Origin: Promethearchaeota archaeon | GTDB taxonomy: Archaea > Asgardarchaeota > Lokiarchaeia > Sigyniarchaeales > SOKP01 | NCBI GenBank assembly: GCA_048938855.1 | Contig: JBHLLT010000018.1 | Span: 4,347 to 54,391, forward strand | DNA length: 50,045 bases | Direction: 5' to 3' | Shown: positions 29,312 through 37,844 of the stretch, in pieces | How positions within the stretch are numbered: the first letter of the stretch is position 1 | Layout: every line of letters begins with the position of its first letter | Notes under the pieces: generated by a model | Databases searched by the model: none | Told to the model about the DNA's origin: nothing | Seen by the model: the letters and a program-made list of their open reading frames with translations, nothing else | Translations under genes and position numbers: made by a program

Positions 29312-29955
29312 TGGTGGATGCGCTAGTTTCTATTTTGGATAAAATAATTAACTGTGTGAATATATTTTTATTACCCATTATCACTCTACTACTTGTCATT
29401 AAGATAAAAAATGAGAAAAGCGAGACGGGAAAATATAATATAATTCGCTCTCTTATATGTGGATGTTATGCCTGTTTTAGTTGGCTTGTAATTTGGGAAT
29501 TTATAGATGAAAATATACCTATAGGACAAACACTCCATGAATTGATTGGAAATCAATCTCACACTTTTGGTTTGTTTAATTTCGGATATGGAATAATGGT
29601 TTGCCTAGGTCTTATGATGATTGTCTATGCTAATCAAAAAGAAACCCTATATTATACTCCCATTTTTATTTTTAGTGGGATGGTTATATTTTATTTATTA
29701 ACCGGTTTTCAAGAATGGTTAATGATATACATTTATACGGGTTCAGTGCTTGGTCTACTTTTTTTATATATTACAGGATTTCGGCTTAAAGATAATGGTT
29801 CATTGGGTATAGCAATTATGTTTTCTTTGGCATTTAGTACTATATTCTTACAAAATACGTTATTAGCATCTATTATAAGTTTTGGATATATAATATTCGC
29901 AATCGTTTTTGCACTTGGATATTTTGAACCATTTAAAGAACAGGAGGTAAATTAA
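29311..29955 (+). CDS. 7TM membrane protein 1
   Basis: Seven hydrophobic segments counted by eye; start overlaps the previous stop (TAATG). Confidence 0.75.
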   Translation: MVDALVSILDKIINCVNIFLLPIITLLLVIKIKNEKSETGKYNIIRSLICGCYACFSWLVIWEFIDENIPIGQTLHELIGNQSHTFGLFNFGYGIMVCLGLMMIVYANQKETLYYTPIFIFSGMVIFYLLTGFQEWLMIYIYTGSVLGLLFLYITGFRLKDNGSLGIAIMFSLAFSTIFLQNTLLASIISFGYIIFAIVFALGYFEPFKEQEVN

Positions 29956-29956
29956 A

Positions 29957-30619
29957 ATGATCGAAACTCTAATTTGTGAATTAGCATTTCTGATAATAAG
30001 TTTTTTATGTTTAATCTATTCGATAAAAACTTATAGAGAAAGGAAGAATAAAATTGATATCGTTATATTTTTATTCATATCTGCTATAATTTCCCAGTCT
30101 ATTATTCGCTTAGCTCTAATGATTAATTTACCCTTGTTTTTTACTATCGGAGCGTTATTTAATATAACTAATATTGGAATGCTAGTATATGTATGTATTG
30201 AACTAGAGTTTTTACTCTACTTGAAGAATGCGAAAAAATTCTATTCTCTCCCATTAGTAATTAGCTTCTATATAGCAAGCGGTTTAATTTTGTATAATAA
30301 TGGTATCGCATTGTATTTTTTTGCTCTATTCTCGGGGATCTTAACTTTTTATTTACTTGCTCGGGAAGGAGCGAAAAATCAAAATGGAATTGCCTTAAGC
30401 ATTGCAATATTTATAATTATTAATGGGAGTATTCAAACAATAGACATATTTATATTCAATTTTAGTATTATTGGGCCAATTTTAAGAATAATTTCTATTA
30501 CTATCATGCTCTTAGGCGCATCAGGATTTATTGATAAACATATCTTGATTGATAAAGAAAAAGAGCAAAATATCACCAATATTTGGATTTCAAAAATTGT
30601 TACTAAAACAAATAAATAA
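29957..30619 (+). CDS. 7TM membrane protein 2 (distant paralogue of 29311..29955)
   Basis: Seven hydrophobic segments; GGAGGT SD-like site upstream; shares motifs with 7TM-1. Confidence 0.75.
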   Translation: MIETLICELAFLIISFLCLIYSIKTYRERKNKIDIVIFLFISAIISQSIIRLALMINLPLFFTIGALFNITNIGMLVYVCIELEFLLYLKNAKKFYSLPLVISFYIASGLILYNNGIALYFFALFSGILTFYLLAREGAKNQNGIALSIAIFIIINGSIQTIDIFIFNFSIIGPILRIISITIMLLGASGFIDKHILIDKEKEQNITNIWISKIVTKTNK

Positions 30620-30636
30620 TAAAAGATGCTGATAAA

Positions 30637-31089
30637 ATGTCAACAACTATCAACAAGATCTTTAACGGGATTACTAATAACTCTTGGATTAAACGAAAAC
30701 CTCCTAAAAATCTTACAATCTTAAGTAATGGAGGAGTTATTTTGACTAGGAAAGGTGAGCAATACCATTGTGATTCAACTTTTGAAGGGGCTTTTTTAGC
30801 AGCAATTACGATGTTTACTGAAACATTTTTTCAAAAACAATTGATTCAAGTAAGATTAAACAGAAATTCCATCATCATCAAGCGCTCAGATCATTTTATT
30901 ATATATATTATTGCTGAGAATAATAAACATCCTAAAGAGTTAGAAATGGAAGAAGTCTTAGATGATCTTTTAAATTATCTTGAAGTTAATTATCGAATTT
31001 TAGAGGATTGCCCAGGATATATCAACCCCCATAAAGTACAATACCTTCTAAAGCAATTTGCTAATATAAATCATAAAATAAAGAAATAA
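30637..31089 (+). CDS. Stand-alone longin/roadblock-like protein, homologous to the GTPase C-terminal domain
   Basis: PKNLTILSNGGVILT..GAFLAAITMFTETFF..IIIKRSDH aligns with PKALTIFDKGGVPLT..GGLYSAITSFAKESF..IIFKRTKH. Confidence 0.75.
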   Translation: MSTTINKIFNGITNNSWIKRKPPKNLTILSNGGVILTRKGEQYHCDSTFEGAFLAAITMFTETFFQKQLIQVRLNRNSIIIKRSDHFIIYIIAENNKHPKELEMEEVLDDLLNYLEVNYRILEDCPGYINPHKVQYLLKQFANINHKIKK

Positions 31090-31096
31090 GAAAAAA

Positions 31097-31306
31097 ATGT
31101 TTAAAATAGAGACTGAAAAATGGGTTGAATGTTTAATGATCTCAAAAGAAAAACTAATGCGATGGAAAATTGAAGCAGCTCATATCTTTAATGAATGCCG
31201 CCCAGTTGATTTTGACACAATTAGGTTATGGAAATTAATTTCTGACATCTTAATTGAATTGGATGGATCTGTTCTTAAACCAAAATTAGATGAAAAAGTG
31301 AAATAA
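31097..31306 (+). CDS. Small hypothetical protein
   Basis: 69-aa ORF tightly packed in the cluster (7-nt and 13-nt gaps). Confidence 0.6.
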   Translation: MFKIETEKWVECLMISKEKLMRWKIEAAHIFNECRPVDFDTIRLWKLISDILIELDGSVLKPKLDEKVK

Positions 31307-31319
31307 GAGTTGATGTTAC

Positions 31320-31598
31320 TTGGAGGATTATACTGAAATTTTACATTTTTTTAATTTAGGTAATCGAACCAGGCAAGAAACGAAAATTTGGTGCTATAAA
31401 AAGATATTAAATTTGATGTATAAATATATTGAAAATCCAAATAGAATAGAAATTAAAAATAGCTTAATCCTAATCTTGAACCTATTCTTTATCGATACTC
31501 CTGACCATTTTCATTCTCAAGGAAGGGATTATATCACCTTAACTGAGAATGAAAAAAGTCAGGTATTAAAAATATTATCAAAAGAGCTAAGAGGGTGA
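31320..31598 (+). CDS. Small helical protein, TFB-adjacent family copy 1
   Basis: 'NSLILILNLF...PDHFHSQG'; paralogous to 32884..33180. Confidence 0.65.
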   Translation: MEDYTEILHFFNLGNRTRQETKIWCYKKILNLMYKYIENPNRIEIKNSLILILNLFFIDTPDHFHSQGRDYITLTENEKSQVLKILSKELRG

Positions 31599-31603
31599 GA
31601 TAA

Positions 31604-32482
31604 ATGGTATTAGTAGAGAATAAATTTGAAATAGATTATGTATGTCCCGAATGTAATGGTAATTTAATCTTAGTTGAAGAGAAAGGAGAAACCGTATGTT
31701 GTCAGTGTGGACTAATTATCTATGAGAGAGAATTAGATCTCTCACGAAGCGGAAAGAGAGTATATAATGCACAAAAATCAGAAAATCCTCAGATAAGATC
31801 TCCTATCTCTCCGCTTATACCAGATATTGGATTATACACCTTTATAGGTAAAAAAAATATTAATAATTCAGATTTAAAGCGAGCTTCTAAAAGGGATTCT
31901 CATTTAACTTGGAAGAGCCGTAATTTTTTAATTGCTACTATAGAAATTAAAAGAATTGGTCATGTTTTAAATCTCCCCATTTATGTGAAAGAAGCAATAT
32001 TAAAACTATATAAAAAAACCTATAGAAGAGATTTACTAAGAGGCCGATCAATCAATGGGATGGTTGCAGCTTGTATATATTATATCTGTAAGCATAAAAA
32101 AATCCCAAGAACTTTCTCAGAAGTTATTGCCGAAAGTTCTGCAAAAAAAGAAGATATTATGAATTGCTTTAAAATTTTAATTAAGGAATTTAACTTAAAA
32201 ATACCAGTTACAGACCCAATATCGCTTATTTCTAAATATTGCGCTAATCTATCATTTACATCTGAAACAGAAATGCTAGCAATTAAAATTCTAAAGACTT
32301 ATTATGAAAAATATTCGCTTGGTGGAGTAGATCCGAAAGGTTTATGCGCGGGGTCTTTATATTTAGCATCAAAATTGAAAAACCAAAGAATAAATCAAAA
32401 AAAAATAGCTGATGTTGTTGGTACCACAGTAGTAACCTTGCGTTCAAGATATAGAGATCTCCTAAAAAGTCTAGAGATATAA
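31604..32482 (+). CDS. tfb: Transcription initiation factor IIB (TFB) paralogue
   Basis: Zn ribbon CPEC...CCQCG; cyclin repeats 'LLRGRSINGMVAACIY..C..KKIPRT' and 'GVDPKGLCAGSLY'; HTH 'QKKIADVVGTTVVTLRSRY'. Confidence 0.93.
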   Translation: MVLVENKFEIDYVCPECNGNLILVEEKGETVCCQCGLIIYERELDLSRSGKRVYNAQKSENPQIRSPISPLIPDIGLYTFIGKKNINNSDLKRASKRDSHLTWKSRNFLIATIEIKRIGHVLNLPIYVKEAILKLYKKTYRRDLLRGRSINGMVAACIYYICKHKKIPRTFSEVIAESSAKKEDIMNCFKILIKEFNLKIPVTDPISLISKYCANLSFTSETEMLAIKILKTYYEKYSLGGVDPKGLCAGSLYLASKLKNQRINQKKIADVVGTTVVTLRSRYRDLLKSLEI

Positions 32483-32505
32483 AAAAAAGATGAAGGTGTC
32501 AATAT

Positions 32506-32868
32506 TTGGTAAGAATCTTTATTGTTGATGATGAGGAAGATATTCGTACCCTCTTTGAAAGGTTTTTAATTTTGAGAGGTTTTGATGTTTTAACTCCCGC
32601 ATGTAATGGAAAAGAAGCGATTGATATGTTTATTCAATTTAATCCTAAACCTGATATAATTTTAATGGATCATCATATGCCCTTAAAAACCGGGATTGAA
32701 GCAGCTAAGGAAATTAAACAACTTAACGGGAATGTAAAAATAATTTTTATTAGTGGGGATACCCAAATAAAAGAAAAAGCGCTTGCTACAGGGGCTATTG
32801 ACTTTATAATAAAACCATTTAAGGTGAATGATATAATAGAATCAATTACTAATGCATTAGCCTCATAG
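32506..32868 (+). CDS. Single-domain response regulator receiver (CheY-like)
   Basis: 'IVDDE', phospho-Asp in 'ILMDHHMP', 'FISG', 'IIKPF'; GAAGGTG SD-like site before the TTG start. Confidence 0.92.
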   Translation: MVRIFIVDDEEDIRTLFERFLILRGFDVLTPACNGKEAIDMFIQFNPKPDIILMDHHMPLKTGIEAAKEIKQLNGNVKIIFISGDTQIKEKALATGAIDFIIKPFKVNDIIESITNALAS

Positions 32869-32883
32869 AATAAAAAACTTAAA

Positions 32884-33180
32884 ATGAAAGGAAAATATGT
32901 TATGGATATTTATGATGAAATTTTAAAGCTTTTTGACGAACAAGAATTAAAAAGTGAAATTAATCTTATCTCTATTCTAATAATATTAATCAGAATTTCA
33001 AGATATAATTTTAAGATAATCTCAAAAGGTAATTATCTTAATTATTTAATTTTGATTCTTAATTTATTAATGGTAAATATCCCAGATTACTGTCATAGTA
33101 AAGGAAAGGCAATCAAGATGCTAAATCTCCCAGAATATAAAATATTCATGGAAGAATTGAGGAGAGAATTTCTACACTAA
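32884..33180 (+). CDS. Small helical protein, TFB-adjacent family copy 2
   Basis: 'NYLILILNLL...PDYCHSKG'. Confidence 0.65.
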   Translation: MKGKYVMDIYDEILKLFDEQELKSEINLISILIILIRISRYNFKIISKGNYLNYLILILNLLMVNIPDYCHSKGKAIKMLNLPEYKIFMEELRREFLH

Positions 33181-33288
33181 GACAAATCTAATACAGGAAA
33201 TAGATCATCAACATTTAGGAAAACTAAATTTAACATGATCGTTGTATATGAGCATTTTGGATCTTCCAATATTTCTCATACCTAAAAC

Positions 33289-33322
33289 AGGCTAGAATGG
33301 AATTAATCCTTCATTCTAGCCT
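33289..33322 (+). terminator. 11-bp perfect hairpin followed by a T-rich tract at the end of the GTPase-TFB cluster
   Basis: AGGCTAGAATG (33289-33299) and CATTCTAGCCT (33312-33322), then TTATTCTT. Confidence 0.4.
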
Positions 33323-33469
33323 TTATTCTTATTCTAATAGATTATTTTTAGTTTGAATTTATTGAAATATTTATTTTTAAATGATTTCGCATTTTATAAT
33401 TTTATAAAAGATCTATCTGAGATCTTAATAAAATTCAATTATGTAATGAACTAGATTTGGTTTAATAAG

Positions 33470-34459
33470 ATGGTTAAATTATTAACTAAAGAAGATGTAG
33501 CTGGGCTATTAAATATGCCAGAAGCATTAGAATACGTAGAAGAAGCTTATAAACAATTAATTCTTGGGAATGCCTTAGTACCTCAAAGGATCGCCATTAA
33601 AGAACCAGCGCCCGGATTAACATTAATAATGCCTGGAATTATAGGAGGTAAGATGAATGCTCTTGCTACTAAAATTGTCTCTGTCTATAAACAAAATCCT
33701 GAAAAATATAATATGCCTACAGTGTTAGCAAAAATTATGATCCAAGATATAAACACAGGGGATATTGTAGGAATTATGGATGGAAGTCTTATAACTGCTA
33801 TGAGAACCGGAGCTGCCACAGGGGTTTCAGTTAAATATCTTGCAAGAAAAAATAGTACCACTTTGGGTATTTATAGTGCTGGGGTTCAAGCCAGAAAGCA
33901 AGTTCTTGCTGTATATTGGGGATTAAATGAAAAATTAGAAAAGTGTAAAGTTTATGATTTAAAAAGGGATGTCGCTGAAGATTTCAAGAAAGAAATAGAG
34001 AGAGAAGTAGGAGTAGATGTGGAAATTACTAATTCTGGAGATGAACTCCTTTCAAATACAGATATTATAGTTGCTGCTACCACAAGTACCACACCTCTCT
34101 TTTCAGGAAATAAAGTATCTGAGGGAACACACATCTCTTCCATTGGAGCTCATGCACCTGATGCTCGAGAATTAGATTCCATTATTATAAGAAGAGCTTC
34201 TCTCCTTACTGCTGGGTTAAAAGAAGCATGTTTAGCTGAGGCAGGAGATTACATAATTCCTATCGAAGAAGGCTTAATTACTGAAAATGACATAATCTCT
34301 ATTGGTGAAATTATAACTAATAATAAACCAGGACGTACATCTGATTCAGAAATTACTGTTTTCAAATCTGTTGGAATAAGTGCTCAGGATGTTGCTGTCG
34401 GAAAACTTGTATATGATAAAGCATTAAAGAAAGGAATTGGACAAGATATCGAATTTTAA
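33470..34459 (+). CDS. Ornithine cyclodeaminase/mu-crystallin family protein (archaeal alanine dehydrogenase-like)
   Basis: 'IMPG', 'ITAMRTGAATG', 'AGVQA', 'THISSIGA', 'GRTSDSEITVFKSVGISAQD'. Confidence 0.92.
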   Translation: MVKLLTKEDVAGLLNMPEALEYVEEAYKQLILGNALVPQRIAIKEPAPGLTLIMPGIIGGKMNALATKIVSVYKQNPEKYNMPTVLAKIMIQDINTGDIVGIMDGSLITAMRTGAATGVSVKYLARKNSTTLGIYSAGVQARKQVLAVYWGLNEKLEKCKVYDLKRDVAEDFKKEIEREVGVDVEITNSGDELLSNTDIIVAATTSTTPLFSGNKVSEGTHISSIGAHAPDARELDSIIIRRASLLTAGLKEACLAEAGDYIIPIEEGLITENDIISIGEIITNNKPGRTSDSEITVFKSVGISAQDVAVGKLVYDKALKKGIGQDIEF

Positions 34460-34611
34460 ACAAAAAATTGTTAATTTTAATAATTTTCTTCTAATTTTCT
34501 AAAAAATTTTAAATTGACTTAATAACTTTTTAGAACAATATGTAAGATATAATCCAAAGTTTTTTAAATTAGATATACTGAATTATCAATAGAAATCAAG
34601 AAATATTTAAG

Positions 34612-36894
34612 ATGAATCCTTTTCCAAATTTGAAAAAAACATTAATTTTTATTATTCTCTTCAGTTTTTTTAGTATAGCGTTATCTATTGATATTAGTTA
34701 TGCATCAGAAGAGGATATGCCGCTATATTTTGATTTTAAATATCAAATGTTTCAAACCTCTATAAAACAAGGAACTTTTCAAAATGCTAGTTCATTTGAC
34801 ATTGAATTACCTTCCTCAGACTGGAACATTAAAGATGTTGAGATAAATTTTACTAATATAAAATTTGATACTGAAACTATTGTAATTGAAGATAATCCTA
34901 TTGATTCAAACCTTATTTCAAAAGCTAAGCACGGTTGGGGAGTACAAATTAGGATCTTAGATCCAACAATAATATATGGAGTTCAGATTTATGGCAATAA
35001 TTATTCAACTCAGTCAGCTTTAGTCTATGTTCAGATTAATGGATACAATAACCAAACTAATGCTCCAGATAATGATTTCTATGGATCACCAATACTTCTT
35101 AACATGTCATATTCTGCTACACCTGCATGGCATACTCAAACATTTTCATCACCAATTAATTTAGAACCTGGAAATTACTATTTAGTTCTCAACGGAACGG
35201 AAATAGGACTTAGACCTCAACCTAAATATTATTGGTATTATAATAATGTTAATCCAACTTATCCTGAATTATACAAATCTAGTTACGACTCTAGCTCATG
35301 GTCAGATGGTACGCAAGGAGCTCCTGTTTTATATAAACTAATTCAAAAAATTAACGCTCCTGTTTATCCAGAAGAAATAAATATGACGGCAAATATTAAT
35401 GGAAATACACTTAGCGTTTCAAATGGAAAATCTCAAAATACAGGGTATCTTAGTAAAATAGATTTTAATTATAAACCAAATACTACCAATCTAAACATCA
35501 AAATTAGTAATAATAAAACCTCAACACTGACATTTAATGGTACATATAATTTTGAAATAAATAATATTTTTATGATCCCCAGTCAATTAACCGTGGGGAT
35601 TAATCAAACAAATAAATGGATTCTGACCCCTCAAATAACTAGATTTTCAAATGATGATACTATAAGATTTGAATACCCAAATAGTTGGTATAACTTAACA
35701 ATATCTCGAAACTTAGGGTTATTATGGGAAAATATCAATTCAGAAGTTATAATTAATACAATTAATAAATTTATAATAATACCTAATGAAACAATTCAAG
35801 ATGATGTTCTATGGAAAATAGAAGCAAATTCTCCTAATATTGAATTTGAGCTCAATTATACTCCAAACCCTCTTAAAGTAGATCAAAAATTACTTATCTC
35901 TATTAAATCACCTCTTTTAGAAGGTAATTATACATTCAGATTATATGATGCTCAAGAACAAGTATATACAATTACAAAACAACTACCTTTACAAGAAAAT
36001 ACCTTCAATTACAACATAACTCAAGAACCAGTTGGAGGTATTTATTATGCTTATGTAGTATGGAGTAACAAAACAGATGCAGGGGTTCAGATGGCTAAAT
36101 TTGAAATAATTAGTGGTGATGGTCCAATCCCAATTCCCTGGCTACCTATAATTATTATTATTGGATCAGTTTCAATTGGAGGCTTAGCTATTGGAGAAAC
36201 TACTTATAAATTAATTAAAAGATTGGAATCTAAGAAAAGAGAAAATATTAAGCTTATTCTTGAGAAATGTACTGAAATTACGAGTTTAAAGCATATAATC
36301 GTGCTCCATAGTAAATCAGGGATTGATGTTTATTCTGAATCATATGAAGAAGAGGAACTCGATCCTACTTTAATATCCGGATTTCTTCAGGCGATCCATA
36401 ATTTTGGTACAGAGGTTTTAGAAAAATCTAAAGAAACGCGAACTGTTAAAGTTGAATATAAAAAATCTATAATTTTAATGACAGAATTTGTTAATTTAAA
36501 ATTAATAATTATTATGGGAAAAAATCCTTCCAAAAACTTCCTATATTCTGTTGAATCACTTGCTTATTATATATACAAATACTATGGTAATTTACTTGAT
36601 AACTTTGATGGTGGTCTTAAAAAATTTCTAGGAATAAGTAAATTAATTGAAAAAATCCTCAATGTTTCATTTATTGCACCCCTAAAAATATCAATGAATA
36701 AAAATATTAAATTGACCGCAAATGAAAAGGATATGATAAATAAAGCATCTAAGTTTATGCGAGAACATGATTTTGACCATTTCTATTCTCTGTATCTCCT
36801 CCCTGATAATGCTTGTAGTCCAAAAGATTATGATATTATTCTTAAATTGATTAAGAAAGGGATATTCAGTCCAATAGAAAAAACTCCTGATTAG
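34612..36894 (+). CDS. Single-pass membrane glycoprotein with cytoplasmic longin/roadblock-like domain (paralogue C)
   Basis: Collinear with A and B; 'HSKSGIDVY...LISGFLQAIHNFGTE'. Confidence 0.75.
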   Translation: MNPFPNLKKTLIFIILFSFFSIALSIDISYASEEDMPLYFDFKYQMFQTSIKQGTFQNASSFDIELPSSDWNIKDVEINFTNIKFDTETIVIEDNPIDSNLISKAKHGWGVQIRILDPTIIYGVQIYGNNYSTQSALVYVQINGYNNQTNAPDNDFYGSPILLNMSYSATPAWHTQTFSSPINLEPGNYYLVLNGTEIGLRPQPKYYWYYNNVNPTYPELYKSSYDSSSWSDGTQGAPVLYKLIQKINAPVYPEEINMTANINGNTLSVSNGKSQNTGYLSKIDFNYKPNTTNLNIKISNNKTSTLTFNGTYNFEINNIFMIPSQLTVGINQTNKWILTPQITRFSNDDTIRFEYPNSWYNLTISRNLGLLWENINSEVIINTINKFIIIPNETIQDDVLWKIEANSPNIEFELNYTPNPLKVDQKLLISIKSPLLEGNYTFRLYDAQEQVYTITKQLPLQENTFNYNITQEPVGGIYYAYVVWSNKTDAGVQMAKFEIISGDGPIPIPWLPIIIIIGSVSIGGLAIGETTYKLIKRLESKKRENIKLILEKCTEITSLKHIIVLHSKSGIDVYSESYEEEELDPTLISGFLQAIHNFGTEVLEKSKETRTVKVEYKKSIILMTEFVNLKLIIIMGKNPSKNFLYSVESLAYYIYKYYGNLLDNFDGGLKKFLGISKLIEKILNVSFIAPLKISMNKNIKLTANEKDMINKASKFMREHDFDHFYSLYLLPDNACSPKDYDIILKLIKKGIFSPIEKTPD

Positions 36895-36906
36895 TTTTTT
36901 TTAAAA

Positions 36907-37740
36907 TTAGAAAAATATAAACGATTCTAAGTTAAGTAGTCCAAACTCACTTTCTATTAAATCACCCAAACGTGAAATAAAACGAGCTGCTGGTGCCCCA
37001 TCAATTACATCATGATTAATTAATATGGTCATTGGTAAATATTCTCTAATTTTAATTTTATCTCCAATAGCAGCAGGTTTTTTAGTAATACTTCCAACAC
37101 CAAATGCTAATGGATGACAAGTAGTAGGAATTGGCCATCCATAAAGGTTACCGAACATACCCATCGAAGTCACTATAATAGTACCCATTATTTGTTTGGC
37201 TTTAACTGGATCTTTTAGTTTTTTCCTTATCAGATATCTTCTCATCCAACCTGGAAGTGAAAGATAATATTTCATTTTATTTTTTATTTCATTTTCTCCT
37301 AAAACTGTTGCTTCACTTAATTCTTCAGATTGTGCTTTTCTAATCTCATCATTGATCTGCATAACAGTTTTTTTATTCGTTTTTCTGATAACGAGCGGCA
37401 TTGGACTCTTCACACCTTTAATTGTTTTCTCAACTGTTATTGAAATATCAACATCATTAAATGTGATGATTTTATCTTTCCCCATCCTCATTGAATGTAC
37501 CTCTTTAAATTCATGGGCAGCTTGACCAATGCATTTTAAGAGCCAGGCAGTGAACGATATTTTATTTCCTGTATTCTTTTCATGTTCCCGAATTTTATTT
37601 CTACCGTTAGTAACATCAAATTCAATCAAACCCTTTACATAATGGTTTCTATCTCCTAATGAAAGGAAATCTAAACTAGGGATTCTCGCTTTCGGAAAGT
37701 CGGTAATTTCATAATAGCCAATATTATCTGATTTTTTCAT
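36907..37740 (-). CDS. Stand-alone 2-oxoacid dehydrogenase E2-type acyltransferase catalytic domain
   Basis: 'GTIIVTSMGMFG' and catalytic HxxxDG in 'NHDVIDGAPAARF'; no lipoyl domain. Confidence 0.88.
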   Translation of the reverse strand: MKKSDNIGYYEITDFPKARIPSLDFLSLGDRNHYVKGLIEFDVTNGRNKIREHEKNTGNKISFTAWLLKCIGQAAHEFKEVHSMRMGKDKIITFNDVDISITVEKTIKGVKSPMPLVIRKTNKKTVMQINDEIRKAQSEELSEATVLGENEIKNKMKYYLSLPGWMRRYLIRKKLKDPVKAKQIMGTIIVTSMGMFGNLYGWPIPTTCHPLAFGVGSITKKPAAIGDKIKIREYLPMTILINHDVIDGAPAARFISRLGDLIESEFGLLNLESFIFF

Positions 37741-37844
37741 TTTTTAAAGCCTTTTATAGGTTTCGAATCTAAGATAATTTAGACCGTACAATTTATAAAC
37801 TTAATCTTGTAATCGATTAGAAGAATAAGATTTTAACTTCTGTT

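Noticed and set aside
29311-30619. 7TM proteins as microbial rhodopsins or schizorhodopsins
   Set aside because: No retinal-binding Lys (DxxxK) in TM7 and no RYxxW motif in TM3.
33289-33322. Minus-strand reading of the hairpin (GAA/A internal loop) as a SECIS element
   Set aside because: No minus-strand gene ends nearby and I found no in-frame UGA selenoprotein candidate.
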